Origin: Salisapilia sapeloensis CBS 127946
Taxonomy: Eukaryota > Protista > Oomycota
Reading direction: 5' to 3'
Length of the DNA: 64,000 nt
NCBI GenBank assembly: GCA_023334545.1
Contig: JAADVB010000079.1
Span: 1 to 64,000 of the forward strand
The translations under genes and the position numbers were made by a program. Each line of letters begins with the position of its first letter. Within the stretch, counting starts at the first letter, position 1. Below are positions 20,099 to 31,265 of this stretch, in pieces. Under the pieces are notes generated by a model, which did not search any database, was not told the origin of the DNA, and was given only the letters and a program-made list of their open reading frames with translations.

Positions 20099-20653
20099 AG
20101 GAGTTCTCGTCCTCGAAATGCAGCTTTTAAATTACCACAAGCCAAAGCAGCGCCGCATACGATAAGTTCCAGTAGGTCTACCCGTGCTGTGCTAATTCCA
20201 GCGGACTCAAGTCGAAGCTTTGAACAAAGCTTTCCACAGCGTCTGCATTCAGTCGATACTCTTCCAAGAACAAATAGCACCGAGAGCAGCCCGACGCTAA
20301 CCGCTACATTGCTACACATCAATGAGTTTATCGGCGGTAAGAAACAGAATTTATCTCGAAGGAGGCTCATCCGTCGCGCAACTGCAGAGGATAAAGAGGC
20401 AAAAAGAACTAGACGGCGTGATGATATACGCCATAGCTTTTAGATGGCATGGTAGAGTACTGATCAACAAGACAATATATATATACACATATTCCATGTA
20501 CGCCTTGTCGAGAAATTCATTGACGTGTACAAAGGATATAATCATGTGCCACTCGGCTAGATATATCAGAGCGCTAGAGGTTACCGTGAACATACACTAG
20601 TACATGCGCATGTAAGTATCACGTCATGTTTATTTGGAAAATTAAAGTCAAGT

Positions 20654-23248
20654 CTACAAAACAGATCCTGCTCGAGCTGGTCTTGCCAACTGCTCCGCTT
20701 TCATCTTCGCCATCTCTCGAATCGCGTCAATCGCTTCGACGATACTAATGCTTGCATCCTGCTTTACAATGCCACTAAGGAAACCAGTGTTCTCTAAAAG
20801 ACTCTGTAGTCGCTCTCTCGCGTTCACAATCGCGAGCTGAATTCCACGCCCGTTCAAGTCTTCATTTAGACCCTTCATCATCTGGAGCGTCGTCGAGTCC
20901 CACTCCATCGTTGAGTATGCATCAATCACGACGCCATGCACAGGCCTACCTGAATCATTCTCCTCTCGTTCCTCAATCTCACGCTCGGTCACTCGCTCGA
21001 TGTACTCGCAATTGGCAAAGTACAAAGCACCTTCGATTCGAATGATCACAACATCCGGAAGAGCTCGAGCACTGTCCGGGTACAATTCCAAGTCGACAAT
21101 GTGCGGTTCCTCGTCATCACCAGTGTCGACTTCCCCGAGCATCGTAAGTGTTGGGCGACGTGCCTTGTAGATCACAGCAACGAGAGACGTGAAAATCGAA
21201 GAGAGAAGACCAGGGAGCACACCAAGTAGTACTGTCAACACGAACGACGCTAGCCAGACCCAGAACTCATCTCGCTTAACACGGTAGAGCCACTTTGCCT
21301 CTTTAAACTCGATCAAGGAATGGCCGGATACGATGATAATAGCTGCGAGACTTGCTTTCGGAAGGAAAGCAAGCACTGTTGTAGCCGTGTAGAGCACCAA
21401 GACGACCACTCCGACGGCAATGAGCGACGCAACTTGTGTACGTGCGTTCTGCATGTTGACGGCCGTGCGACTCAACCCACCAGTGGCAGGCACTCCATGG
21501 AAGAAGGAGCCAAAGAGATTGGACAGTCCGAGCGCAATGAGCTCTTGATTCGGGCGAATCTTATATCCTTCTTTGATCGCCAAGCGCTTGGCCATGGCGA
21601 CACTGGACATGTATGTGATTAACGCGATCGACAGCGTGTCAATGATGATATGGTACAGACGATCTGCTTCAATCAAGTGCTCTAAAAAACCATACCATGG
21701 TAAAACAGGTGACGGATACCCTCCAGGTACTTCCCCCGTAAGCTCTAGATCGGAGTCCGTACGAGACAAGTAGCCGATGATGCCACCCATGAGACATACG
21801 ATGAACGCATCGAGTTCACATACGAGGCGGAGGGCTATGAGGACAGCGATCTTAGAGCGTGCGACCCGAATGGAGCGAGAGGACGGAGCGATAGAGTGCA
21901 CCTCGCCTTTCGTAAGCGCATCGGTAGAGTACGCCGACGCAGTATCAGACCGAGTGGACGACACGACGGATGAGCTACTTGCTTCTCGCTTGGTTGGGAG
22001 TCTCCTGCTTGAACGCTGCTCACGGTCGATCTCGAGATCATCCGACTGATCTATCGAGTCATCGTTCGGGTCATCCTCATCTTCCAAGATGATCATACTC
22101 GCGGTAGTGGAAGACGTAGGCATGTTGCGCCGAGAACGCCAACTATTGCTACGAGGTAATTCAATGTTTAAAAAGTCTTCATCCGACAAGGACAGACCGA
22201 CGCCTCCATCCATGAATGCCGTCGCTGGTCTCGCACTACGTGTGGATGAGAGATCTCGATGTCTCGTTGATTGCACTGCTGGTACATGCGTCCACGCGTC
22301 TGTCGTATCGGACTTGACACTGTCCATGTCAAGTCGCTGGTCAATGTTTCTCGTAGACTTTTCTGCTTCTGGTTCACTATCCTGTACATGTTTATTGCTC
22401 CTATCTTGCTGACTTTCTTCATCCGTTGCGCTGTCACTTGCTTCTGTCTCCATATCTAAACTGTGCAGTGTCCTCGTGGACTCGAGTTCTATCTCTTCGT
22501 CGACTAGGTCTTCTAGACGACGCATTTCTCGCATCGCACGTACTTTTAAAGCGCGCATACCGAGCATCACACAGATTGAGACGGCACCTAACGCGACGCT
22601 GTACATATTGTAATGCACGCTTGCTTCCATCAAGTCCAGGACTGTGATAAACGGCACGTCTCGACTCGGAGTGTTTACACCGAACCAATTGGCACATTGA
22701 GACAGCATAATCAAGACGCCTCCAGCAGATACGAAGCCACCCATGACAGGACGAGAGAAGAAATCGGCGAGGATGCCGAGGCGGAGGATGCCCATTAAAA
22801 TGAGCATCAGGCCAACGAAAAACGAGAGAAGAATGGCTGTCGCAACCCGTTCTTCTTCGTCTTCGATCTTGTTGATGGCCGATCCGACTAGCAGTGAGAC
22901 TTCGGCTCCGTTGGCGACGCTCAGGACGCGGGAGGTGCCGAAGAGGGGGTAGATCATCGGTACCAGTGCTGCCGTGTACAAGCCGTAGATCGGAGGCACA
23001 TCCATCATTGTGGACAGAGATATTTCCTGAGGAACTAGGATGAGTCCTACGGTGATGCCTGCAACGAGGTCGGATGCAAGGTCTTCGCGAATGTCGTACT
23101 TGGGCAGCCATTCCAAGATTGGAATGTGCTGCTTGAGCTTGCGACGAGCTTTTTCACGAGTACAGCGTTCCCACATCTCAGTAGCATGGTCTTGCCACGA
23201 CTGCTCTTGTCCCTGGGTTCGACCGCTGTTGCCGGTAGTCCGTGCCAT
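20654..23248 (-). CDS. Sulfate permease / SLC26 (SulP) anion transporter with C-terminal STAS domain, 864 aa
   Basis: DLVAGITVGLILVPQEISLS, PPIYGLYTA, FFSRPVMGGF, NQELIALGLSN and GGLSRTAVN motifs. STAS region IRIEGALYFAN...VVIDAYSTMEWDST. Confidence 0.95.
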   Translation of the reverse strand: MARTTGNSGRTQGQEQSWQDHATEMWERCTREKARRKLKQHIPILEWLPKYDIREDLASDLVAGITVGLILVPQEISLSTMMDVPPIYGLYTAALVPMIYPLFGTSRVLSVANGAEVSLLVGSAINKIEDEEERVATAILLSFFVGLMLILMGILRLGILADFFSRPVMGGFVSAGGVLIMLSQCANWFGVNTPSRDVPFITVLDLMEASVHYNMYSVALGAVSICVMLGMRALKVRAMREMRRLEDLVDEEIELESTRTLHSLDMETEASDSATDEESQQDRSNKHVQDSEPEAEKSTRNIDQRLDMDSVKSDTTDAWTHVPAVQSTRHRDLSSTRSARPATAFMDGGVGLSLSDEDFLNIELPRSNSWRSRRNMPTSSTTASMIILEDEDDPNDDSIDQSDDLEIDREQRSSRRLPTKREASSSSVVSSTRSDTASAYSTDALTKGEVHSIAPSSRSIRVARSKIAVLIALRLVCELDAFIVCLMGGIIGYLSRTDSDLELTGEVPGGYPSPVLPWYGFLEHLIEADRLYHIIIDTLSIALITYMSSVAMAKRLAIKEGYKIRPNQELIALGLSNLFGSFFHGVPATGGLSRTAVNMQNARTQVASLIAVGVVVLVLYTATTVLAFLPKASLAAIIIVSGHSLIEFKEAKWLYRVKRDEFWVWLASFVLTVLLGVLPGLLSSIFTSLVAVIYKARRPTLTMLGEVDTGDDEEPHIVDLELYPDSARALPDVVIIRIEGALYFANCEYIERVTEREIEEREENDSGRPVHGVVIDAYSTMEWDSTTLQMMKGLNEDLNGRGIQLAIVNARERLQSLLENTGFLSGIVKQDASISIVEAIDAIREMAKMKAEQLARPARAGSVL

Positions 23249-24500
23249 CGTCTATACACCGTAGTACTCGTTCCCGTGTCGTTCCAGTACCTCTGACGCT
23301 CAGTGCGATAAGAATGACTTGTCTTTTGTATGATACGTCCTGCATAAAGTGTACCCATTTACAGGATTGCACGCGTCCCTCGTATTGCTAGGATAGGTGT
23401 ACGTCTTATTCGCGGAAAGGGGACGGATACGAGCTAACAGATAAACTGATAGGATCCTCTTCTTGTCATTAATACCATTCGTGGAGTAGATATCTAAAAG
23501 AACTATCGTTTGCGCTGGAAACCACTGTGGATTATATTCGGTGCTTGTAGGATGAACATGTGCGCCTTTTAAAAGCAACAATATGTATCCTGGTCTAGTG
23601 AAGGCTTTTGGAGTTGGCTATCATTGGAAGCTTTACAAGTAGTCTCCATTAGTTGACAGGCCCATTGGCAGTCCTACCTTTTGATGCAATGCAAAAGTGT
23701 TTTTCTCACTGGTCCAAGTGATATAATGCAGTAGATCGCTTCGGTTCATTCGTCCATAAAATCATGCTTGGCTTTACTAAACTAGTAGAAGGTTGCACGC
23801 TCTTGCTTGTAATCGAGCGAAAGAAGTGTGATTTGTCGGGGAGGTGGGTTAGATTCATGAAAGGACATTCAAGAAACGGAAGAGGACCAACAATTAGAGC
23901 TACAATATAAGCAGACGACTAACGAGTAATGAGAGTAAAAGCAGTCATCTTTATTCAACGAAAAATGAAATCACTACAAATCGGAATCAATCCTTCTTAC
24001 ATCTGGCAAGTCTTGCAAGTAGTATCCAAAAAACCTAAATTAATACCTTCCATTAAAAAATGATTCAAATCTCAACTCGCAGGACGGATATCAAAAGCAC
24101 AATCCTATGTAGATCACACGAAGGAAGCGAGCATGAAAGTAGCTCTTGCATCATCTTGAGAATGCTTCAACTGGCACAGTAACTCTGCTGTACCATAATC
24201 GCACCACCTTAAAACCCTTCTTTTATCTTTGCACAAACACTAATTTTAAAGTAATAATTCCCATACAAACGTCAAGTTCTCATCCCCTCGCGGCGTTTCC
24301 AGCCACAAAAACACCAAACGAGGGACTTTCGGTCGATACTTAGCATCCTTCCTCTCCTCCCCTCGCACACGTACGCTTTGCATCAAGGTACTGCGCCTAT
24401 TCTATCTTTTACAGACTGTCCTCATCAACTAATTCGTATCTCTATGTTTTGTATCCGTTCATCTACTATTGCAAAATCTTGCTCGAAACAGCAGACAATT

Positions 24501-25208
24501 ATGTTCACGAACCAAGTCAAGCAGGCAATGAAAGCGCCACTCGCGCGTTCCATGGCGTCCCAGGCCTCGAAAAAAGAGGTGGAGGCCATTGGTAACTTTG
24601 GAAGCATGGCCCAGCCGAAGCTCCAGCTATTCGGCCTCCACTCGCGTTACGCGAACGCGCTGTACTCGGTCGCCGCCAAGAACAAGTCGCTCGAGTCGGT
24701 TGAAAAGGAGCTTGCCAGCATCATGCAGTCGATTGACTCGGACGCTCGTTTCGCCAACTTCCTCAAGGACCCGACGATCCCCAAGAACTCCAAGCAGGAG
24801 GACATTCGTAAGGTCGTGAAAGAGGCAAAGTTCTCGGAGCCTGTTCGTGGTCTCTTTGAAGTCCTGAGCGAGAACGGCCGTCTTGCTGAAACGCGTGGCG
24901 TCATCGATTGCTACCAGAAGCTCATGTCGGCGTACCGTAACGAAGTCCAGGCCAAGGTCACGAGTGCCGACTCCTTGTCCAAGTCTCAATTGGACCAGGT
25001 GAAAAAGAGCTTGGAAAAGCGTTTGAAGAAGGAAGAGAAGCTTATTCTCGAAACCGAGGTCGACCCGGACATTCTCGGCGGTCTCAAGGTCCAATTGGGC
25101 AACTACTTCATCGATTTGAGTCTCGCAACCAAGGTCGACAAGATCAACCAAGTGCTCGTGAACACGCCCGTGACGAAGCAGGCGCTTGAATCTGCCAAGA
25201 AGCAGTAA
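24501..25208 (+). CDS. ATP5PO: Mitochondrial ATP synthase subunit O (OSCP/delta), 235 aa
   Basis: LFGLHSRYANALYSVA, LFEVLSENGRL, KVTSADSL and VDPDILGGLKVQLGNYFIDLSLATK. The ATG at 24501 begins a presequence-like MFTNQVKQAMKAPLARSM. Codons strongly favour C/G endings. Confidence 0.93.
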   Translation: MFTNQVKQAMKAPLARSMASQASKKEVEAIGNFGSMAQPKLQLFGLHSRYANALYSVAAKNKSLESVEKELASIMQSIDSDARFANFLKDPTIPKNSKQEDIRKVVKEAKFSEPVRGLFEVLSENGRLAETRGVIDCYQKLMSAYRNEVQAKVTSADSLSKSQLDQVKKSLEKRLKKEEKLILETEVDPDILGGLKVQLGNYFIDLSLATKVDKINQVLVNTPVTKQALESAKKQ

Positions 25209-25368
25209 ACATACTGGAAGGGAGAACAAAGGAATAAAGTGACATTCTTTTTTCTTTTCTTTCTTCTTCTGTCTCGTTTTATTTTGTGGTGCTAGTTTTT
25301 CAGATAGAGACAGCTACATGTAAATTACACTCCGAGGCGAGTATACGACGAAGGAATCGATCGAGACG

Positions 25369-26173
25369 ATGGACGGGTTCTCATATCCTGAATACTATGA
25401 CTTTCCCCCTTTTTTCACGTAATTAGTAGTATACAGCTAGAGGAGTACTCGGATTGATGTTGGACGTAGGCTCCAGCCCGTTCGAGCGACGAGAGAGAAG
25501 CAATTGGTGCTTTGGAAGCAGCTCTTATTAGAGCATCACCGACTGCACAATTCACATGAGCTCCAACCGTATACGTCCCCACTCTTTGAGAACAGCAAAA
25601 TTTCTCGTGCGTGCTTGACAAGTTTCAATTGTGGACGTACAGAAGATGATAATGTTTTTGATTAGGGAAGATGGATACGGCAGGACGAACAGCGGTGGTG
25701 GAATACTTAATTAAATGTGGCAATGGCAAGTGGGAAGATGATGCAAAGACGAGGTGTCGGATCATGTGGAAGAAGCCGGCGGAGTGGGCTGTGGAGATTT
25801 ACGATTTTGTATTCTACTTTTATTTTTTTCGTTAATGCTTTATTGACAAGAGTTATGTAGGCAAAAGAAAATGGAATGCTAGGCAGTGTGTACACGGTGT
25901 ATGAACTATATGCTGGTGAAGAGACCGTAAATGCCAGTACGTATGTGTCGATTTATGCCATATTCAGAAATTGACCACGAAGAAGGTATGCACGGGATGG
26001 AGCCGTGGTTATTGCGCGAAGCGTTAAGTGTGCTGGAAGAAGAAGGCAAGGTGCGTTTTCAAAGTTTATGAGCTCTGGTCTCGAACGATTTTTTACATGT
26101 GTAAATGTAGGCGGCGATTTTGGCAGGAGACACATCAGAAGAAGATGGTGTCAAATTTATCACAATTGAATAA
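25369..26173 (+). CDS. VPS25: ESCRT-II subunit VPS25; 6 exons (25369-25418, 25470-25606, 25666-25808, 25861-25936, 25986-26050, 26111-26173), 177 aa
   Basis: Spliced by hand through five GT-AG introns of 49-60 nt, all in phase. The product reads MDGFSYPEYYDFPPFFTLQPVRATREKQLVLWKQLLL...IMWKKPAEWAVEIYDF...YTVYELYAGEE...MHGMEPWLLREALSVLEEEGK...DGVKFITIE. It has the FPPFFTLQP and terminal GVKF signatures. Confidence 0.92.
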
Positions 26174-26891
26174 AAGCATTCCAGTGAGGTTTTACGTGAG
26201 AATGAGACGTAAGATTATGTCTGCGTGCTGTCTTTCCTGTCGCTCACGAGTAGTCCATTATTTCAGAGTCTAATGTACGTTAGTTTTGGCGGTACATAGT
26301 ACTTGGAGCCTATACTTTATTAGTATTTTCCAACTGAAAGTACGCTGACAATAACATAGCATGAAAGCTGCGATAAAAGCCAAGTAAGTTTGCTTTTATT
26401 AAAGTGTATGTGTGCGCCAGCACGTTTAAAAGTCATTTTAAAATATCTTATATATCTTTAAAGTTTCTTGTCCTACAGAATAAACCGGATAAAACAAACT
26501 TTTATGTTGTCACGAAATGTGCTGTTTTCGAAATGGCTAGAGGTGTCAAACCTGGCAAACAGTGCCTCATTTTCCTTAAATAAGATTTTCATCTTTCAGC
26601 TCGACTGATCGTATTTGGAGCCTGACTTATTCATGAGCGCTCGAAATAAAATGTTCGATTTTTTAGGAGTTATGGCCGATTATTTGGCAATCAGACACTT
26701 CATTCTATTTTGCGATTTTGACAGGTGTGATACGCCCTATCCGAAGGTTTCTTTAGCTGCTTTCTCTAGGGCTCTATCGCGTTGGATTTAGATAGTCGAT
26801 AGATCAGAAATATGTATGCAGGGAGACCGATATCTCTACAGGTATCGCCGGAGAGAGAACATGAAGAGTAAAAGGCTGAATTTGTATTTAG

Positions 26892-27360
26892 TAGTTATGT
26901 CAGCTAACATACTCCCAGCGCCAAGAGTAAGAAGCTGATACTCAAACATTTAGAGTCATCCGTATCTGTATCACTATTGATTGGCACCAGATAGCAGATA
27001 TTTCTTTGTAATTAAGCAGTCTATGTGCGTGTCAGCTTGTGCTATATCTACTTCTGTCTTCTTACCACCTTTCGTACACGGGAGAACCAATGCGAGATGC
27101 AAATAAAGTATGAGGTCTGAGAGCAACGTCAGGTCATACATTTCTATGATCGTGGCAATGGAACTAATTCCGCTGTACGTCTAGCAGAACGTTATGCTTT
27201 GTTTTCCATCCAATATCTCTTGCGTAGTTTTGGTACAAAAGGAAACGATAATGAGGCATAAAACATTTGCAAGACCAGCAATCTGGTATGTATCTATAAA
27301 TTTATTTTCATTTATTAATTTTTGTTAAAAAATAGTTATGTCGGCTAACTACGCCCAACG
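26892..27360 (+). repeat. Degenerate direct repeat pair of about 29 nt (26892-26920 and 27333-27360)
   Basis: tagttatgtcagctaacatactcccagcg vs tagttatgtcggctaac-tacgcccaacg, 25 of 29 positions identical. Confidence 0.5.
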
Positions 27361-27567
27361 TCGCTGCTTCGCGCGGCGTTAATTACAGAGGCGTCTTACG
27401 ACTGCCCTGTGGTAGGAGCCCTTGGCATATAGCTATAAAGCTATACTTCAATCTTTACGCGAACCTGTAGATACTAGTGAAAATAGTCCGTTTCGCGAGT
27501 TAAATGCGGCGCAGATATAAAAGGACTCGTCACTTCTGCCGAAAGGTTCGCGGTATCATTGATCGAA

Positions 27568-29504
27568 ATGAAGGTAGCGGATTCCAGTCTACTGTCAGAA
27601 GCTCATCGCCACGAGATCGACAATACTTCAGCTACATGTTGCAAGACTTTGCTATGGAAAAGGCTTCAACAAGTTTTTATAACTCTCTACGACGCATACC
27701 TTAAAGTGCAAATTTACAATCGAAGAAGCTACGCTATTAAACAGCTTCGTGATTTTGACCGATACTGCGCTATGACTTCTTCTTGGCGGATATTGTGGCT
27801 CTGCATGCTTACGACCTTACCCGGACTTGTAATGGCAACTTTCTTTGAGTTAATACCACTACAGTCGCCGCTAGACACCTGGGATCACCAGATTGTCTAC
27901 TGGGCTCGAATTTTTGTCTATACAGCAATGGTGAGCTTCGTATACGCTTACCAAATTTTACCTTACATTCCAGATCTACAGATTCAACCAGAGAAGATAT
28001 ATCCAGTTGCGATCATCACTGGGATAGTTGTTCTTGGATTTAGCGTCGTTCTTGCTGCACATTGGACTTTTCCGGTTCCATTTATGCAAATCTTAGCAAC
28101 TATACCTTTTGCAACAGCTCTCATACCGCTTCTTTACATGTTGCTTAAGAAAATAGGGTACGATGGCAGTCCTCACCAGATACGTGCACTAAAGCGCCAG
28201 ATTGTTGTATCATCTATTCATGGAATAGAGCTAATAGCCTACAACGGGTACAACGCTATCTTTCAGCTGCTTTCTCAAACGGAGCAATTCTTTTTCATCG
28301 GACTGCTACCTCTATTGAAATTTAGTCTTAAGAGCCTTTATGCTTGGGCTATGAGGGATGAACAAGAACACATTCCGGAGCTTATAACTTTCAATGTTGA
28401 GGTACGTGTGTATATGCATCAAAGATTGTAAATTTCGATGTTTTATGTGGTCACATTGATGCTGTAGGTGTTTCATGCACTCTTTGTCTCTATCTGCATG
28501 CAGACCGCCAAGTCGATATGGGCATCCACCTTGCTCATTGGTATCGATGCTTTTCAAGCTCTCTTGTCAGTGTTAGAGATGGGAAGTGATAGCAAGGCAT
28601 TGCTTCAAGCGTTTAAGCAATATCGCACAGCAAATGCATCAGATGAAGATTTGATGTCCTGCGTTTTAGATTTATGTCAAAAAGTCGAAATCAGACAAAT
28701 AATACAAGTGCGAGGTGGAGACAAATGCTTACAATCGACACAGCCAAAGGCTAAAATTGGGCCATCAGAGCTTGGCATCGACGGTCTTGTGGATAGAACC
28801 TCCGGTTTAGACTCAGGTTGTGGAAAGAAAGTCGGTGGAAAGCAAGCAAATCAGTCGAAGATTCATCCGGTCAAAATACAGCAAATGAAAACTACAACTA
28901 TTTTGTTAAAAGTTAATACGAAGATGCTGCCGCTAGTACCAATGGCAGACAAAGAAATTAATCTCCAGAAACATCTTCATCATGAACAAAAAGATGTCGA
29001 ACTTGTATCTGAAGCATTAAAACTACTTTTTCATGTCGAGTATTGTATGATGACGGAGCTTGTTGAAGTTGCTATCCCAATTGTGTATACTGTGCATACG
29101 TCGGTACTGTTCTACCTACCAAACGCAATATACTACTCGCACACGCGCAATATGACATTTGAAGAGCTCAAAGTCGGCGCTGCCAACATCCTTCTTTATG
29201 CACTCATAGAAGCAATAGTTTTATTTGCTTTCCACTATACGCTACAGCGGAGATTTAGATTCTCACCAATGCGTTTGCTTGGATATTCTTTGGAAACTCA
29301 ATGGCGCCAAGTCACAGCAAGGAGCACTGCAAGTATATGTTTTATTCTCCAGCTTACTTTGATGCATCACGGTAAGCAAACATTTGAATAATTTGCTTTT
29401 GTCTAGTATTTACACCAACTCGAATAATCTATGTAGGTGTCGACTTTGAGTTTAAATTCAATTGGGCTGAACAACTAGGTATCAATCGTAATAAAGGATT
29501 GTAA
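27568..29504 (+). CDS. Oomycete-type multi-pass transmembrane protein of unknown function; 3 exons (27568-28401, 28468-29371, 29437-29504), 601 aa
   Basis: Two long hydrophobic ORFs are joined by a 66-nt GTACGT...TGTAG intron (FNVE|VFHAL). A second GTAAGC...TGTAG intron gives the ending HHGVDFEFKFNW. There are more than 10 hydrophobic segments. Confidence 0.75.
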
Positions 29505-31265
29505 AGTTGCCTAGACCAAACCGCTACGAACATGGAAGTAGGCTATCATTTCACGCGGTCATACGATTGACATCAAAGTATATAGAATTTTGCTCCGGCG
29601 TTCTAGGAAACTATTAGCGAATAATCCAGGTCTATGTCTTTCTCCGCTGTCTATCAGAATTCAACTTTCGACACTTGAAATCCAGTTATTTTTGCTATTT
29701 GATCATTAGACCATTCATGTGTTAAACATTGAATAGAGTTAAAAGTTAAGTAATTAGAGCTGAAGTAAGTCCTTCATCCAATTTCTTGTGATTTATTTAC
29801 AATTCCATTCGTCGATCTTTCATCTTTCGCTGGCTTTAATTGTCTAGCTAACTACTTTGTCAAAATTGTTTTGCATGTCGTCATAATATGATTTCAGAGT
29901 TTGCACGTCAGCTATGTGGCTATCCGATCTCGTGTCATGACTTCGTTGCTTCCTACCCACTGATCCGATCTCTAAACAATGATTATACCCAACTAAGCGT
30001 CACATCTTTGTCGTATCTGCTGACTAGGCATCTTGCTGAACCTCAGATGTGTCTATAAGAAATAGAGACCAATGGTAATATTAGCCGCATACTCATTACC
30101 CGCACTTTATTAGCGCAAGCTAAGGACTAAGATAGACTTGGTATGCTATTTAGTGTATACGTGTTTCAGGGAAGTGCAAGCCCCGGAACAAGAGCTTTCA
30201 AATTGGTTATGTACTTGCGGGTAATACGCCTGCAAGTTTAGATTACTTTTTAAATCCGGCATACACGTATGAATCTACAACGGCTGAAAACATGATTTAA
30301 TCCTGATTTTCATTTTTACCTCTACTTGTCCAATTTCTGATGCACATTAAACAATAGCCCACTTTGGAAACACGTAAAATGCGGCCAAATGAGTACACGC
30401 TTGATGCATGTCTGTGATATGCGGTACTACGTGTGCGGCTTAGACTTTAGGACTGAATGTCTAGTCACAGCATAGCTTGATTCTTCTTTATTTCTTGATT
30501 GATCTTTCAATACACCCTGTGGTATGCTTTCGCATATGCAATGATTGCTTCGAAACCTGGATCTGAATAATTTTTTTATGCCGCGCTGGTGCTCATCGAT
30601 CCGATTACATGCATAGTTTTTATGCTCGCATACCGAGCTACACCTATAGCTTGCTGAGAAAATTGCAGCCCTCACATAGCGCAACAAAATATAATTATTG
30701 CATAAAGTGCTAAACAAGAATGCCAGGTTACGGATAATAGCTCGATACCTCGGGGTTTTCGCAAAGTATTCAAAGATATACTTAATCGCGTTTGTAGAGT
30801 GTCACAACCTCGAACCACCGAAACAATATTTTGCTGGATTAAAAAGCAGCGTTGAGGATGGGTACCGACAAGCGACAAAGCTTGATGTTTTCTTGATGGA
30901 AACATGTACTTGGCGAATAACTAGGTAGGTGAAGCTATAATGTTACCTAGAGTCAGATTAAAAGTAATCATAACACAGGATGTATTACGAGGTACTGGTA
31001 TCACTCTCGGTCATGCACATGGTGTGACGTTACAAGTATACATACAATCTAGTCCATCTGAAATCTTGTCACAGTCGACTGTGCTTCTCTTAGTTGTACT
31101 TGCGATTGATTCGTATGTAAAAACTAGCGTCAGCAGGGCAATGTGACCTCTAATGCACATAGATAAATTTTAGTTATGTAAATCATTCTAGGTAGCAAGA
31201 CAGAAAGCATTAGCTTGACAGTTCTCGTTTTCCAAATCCGCTTTTCCATCGCCTTCATCAAAGCC

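Noticed and set aside
20444-20653. SECIS element that would make the channel TGA a selenocysteine
   Set aside because: I found no convincing AUGA/GA quartet stem-loop by eye, and the TGA lies in a disordered tail rather than a redox motif. A SECIS search was not run.
24378-24500. 41-codon in-frame extension upstream of the OSCP ATG
   Set aside because: It starts at TTG, looks like promoter/UTR sequence, and would bury the mitochondrial presequence that starts at 24501.
26538-26551. TAGAGGTGTCAAAC, resembling a hAT-type terminal repeat
   Set aside because: I found no matching inverted end, target-site duplication or transposase remnant.
29740-29960. Minus-strand frame reading like a decayed ORF (SYYDDMQNNFDKVVS*TIKASER*KIDEWNCK*)
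   Set aside because: It has multiple stops and no recognisable homology, and cannot be told from random AT-rich sequence.
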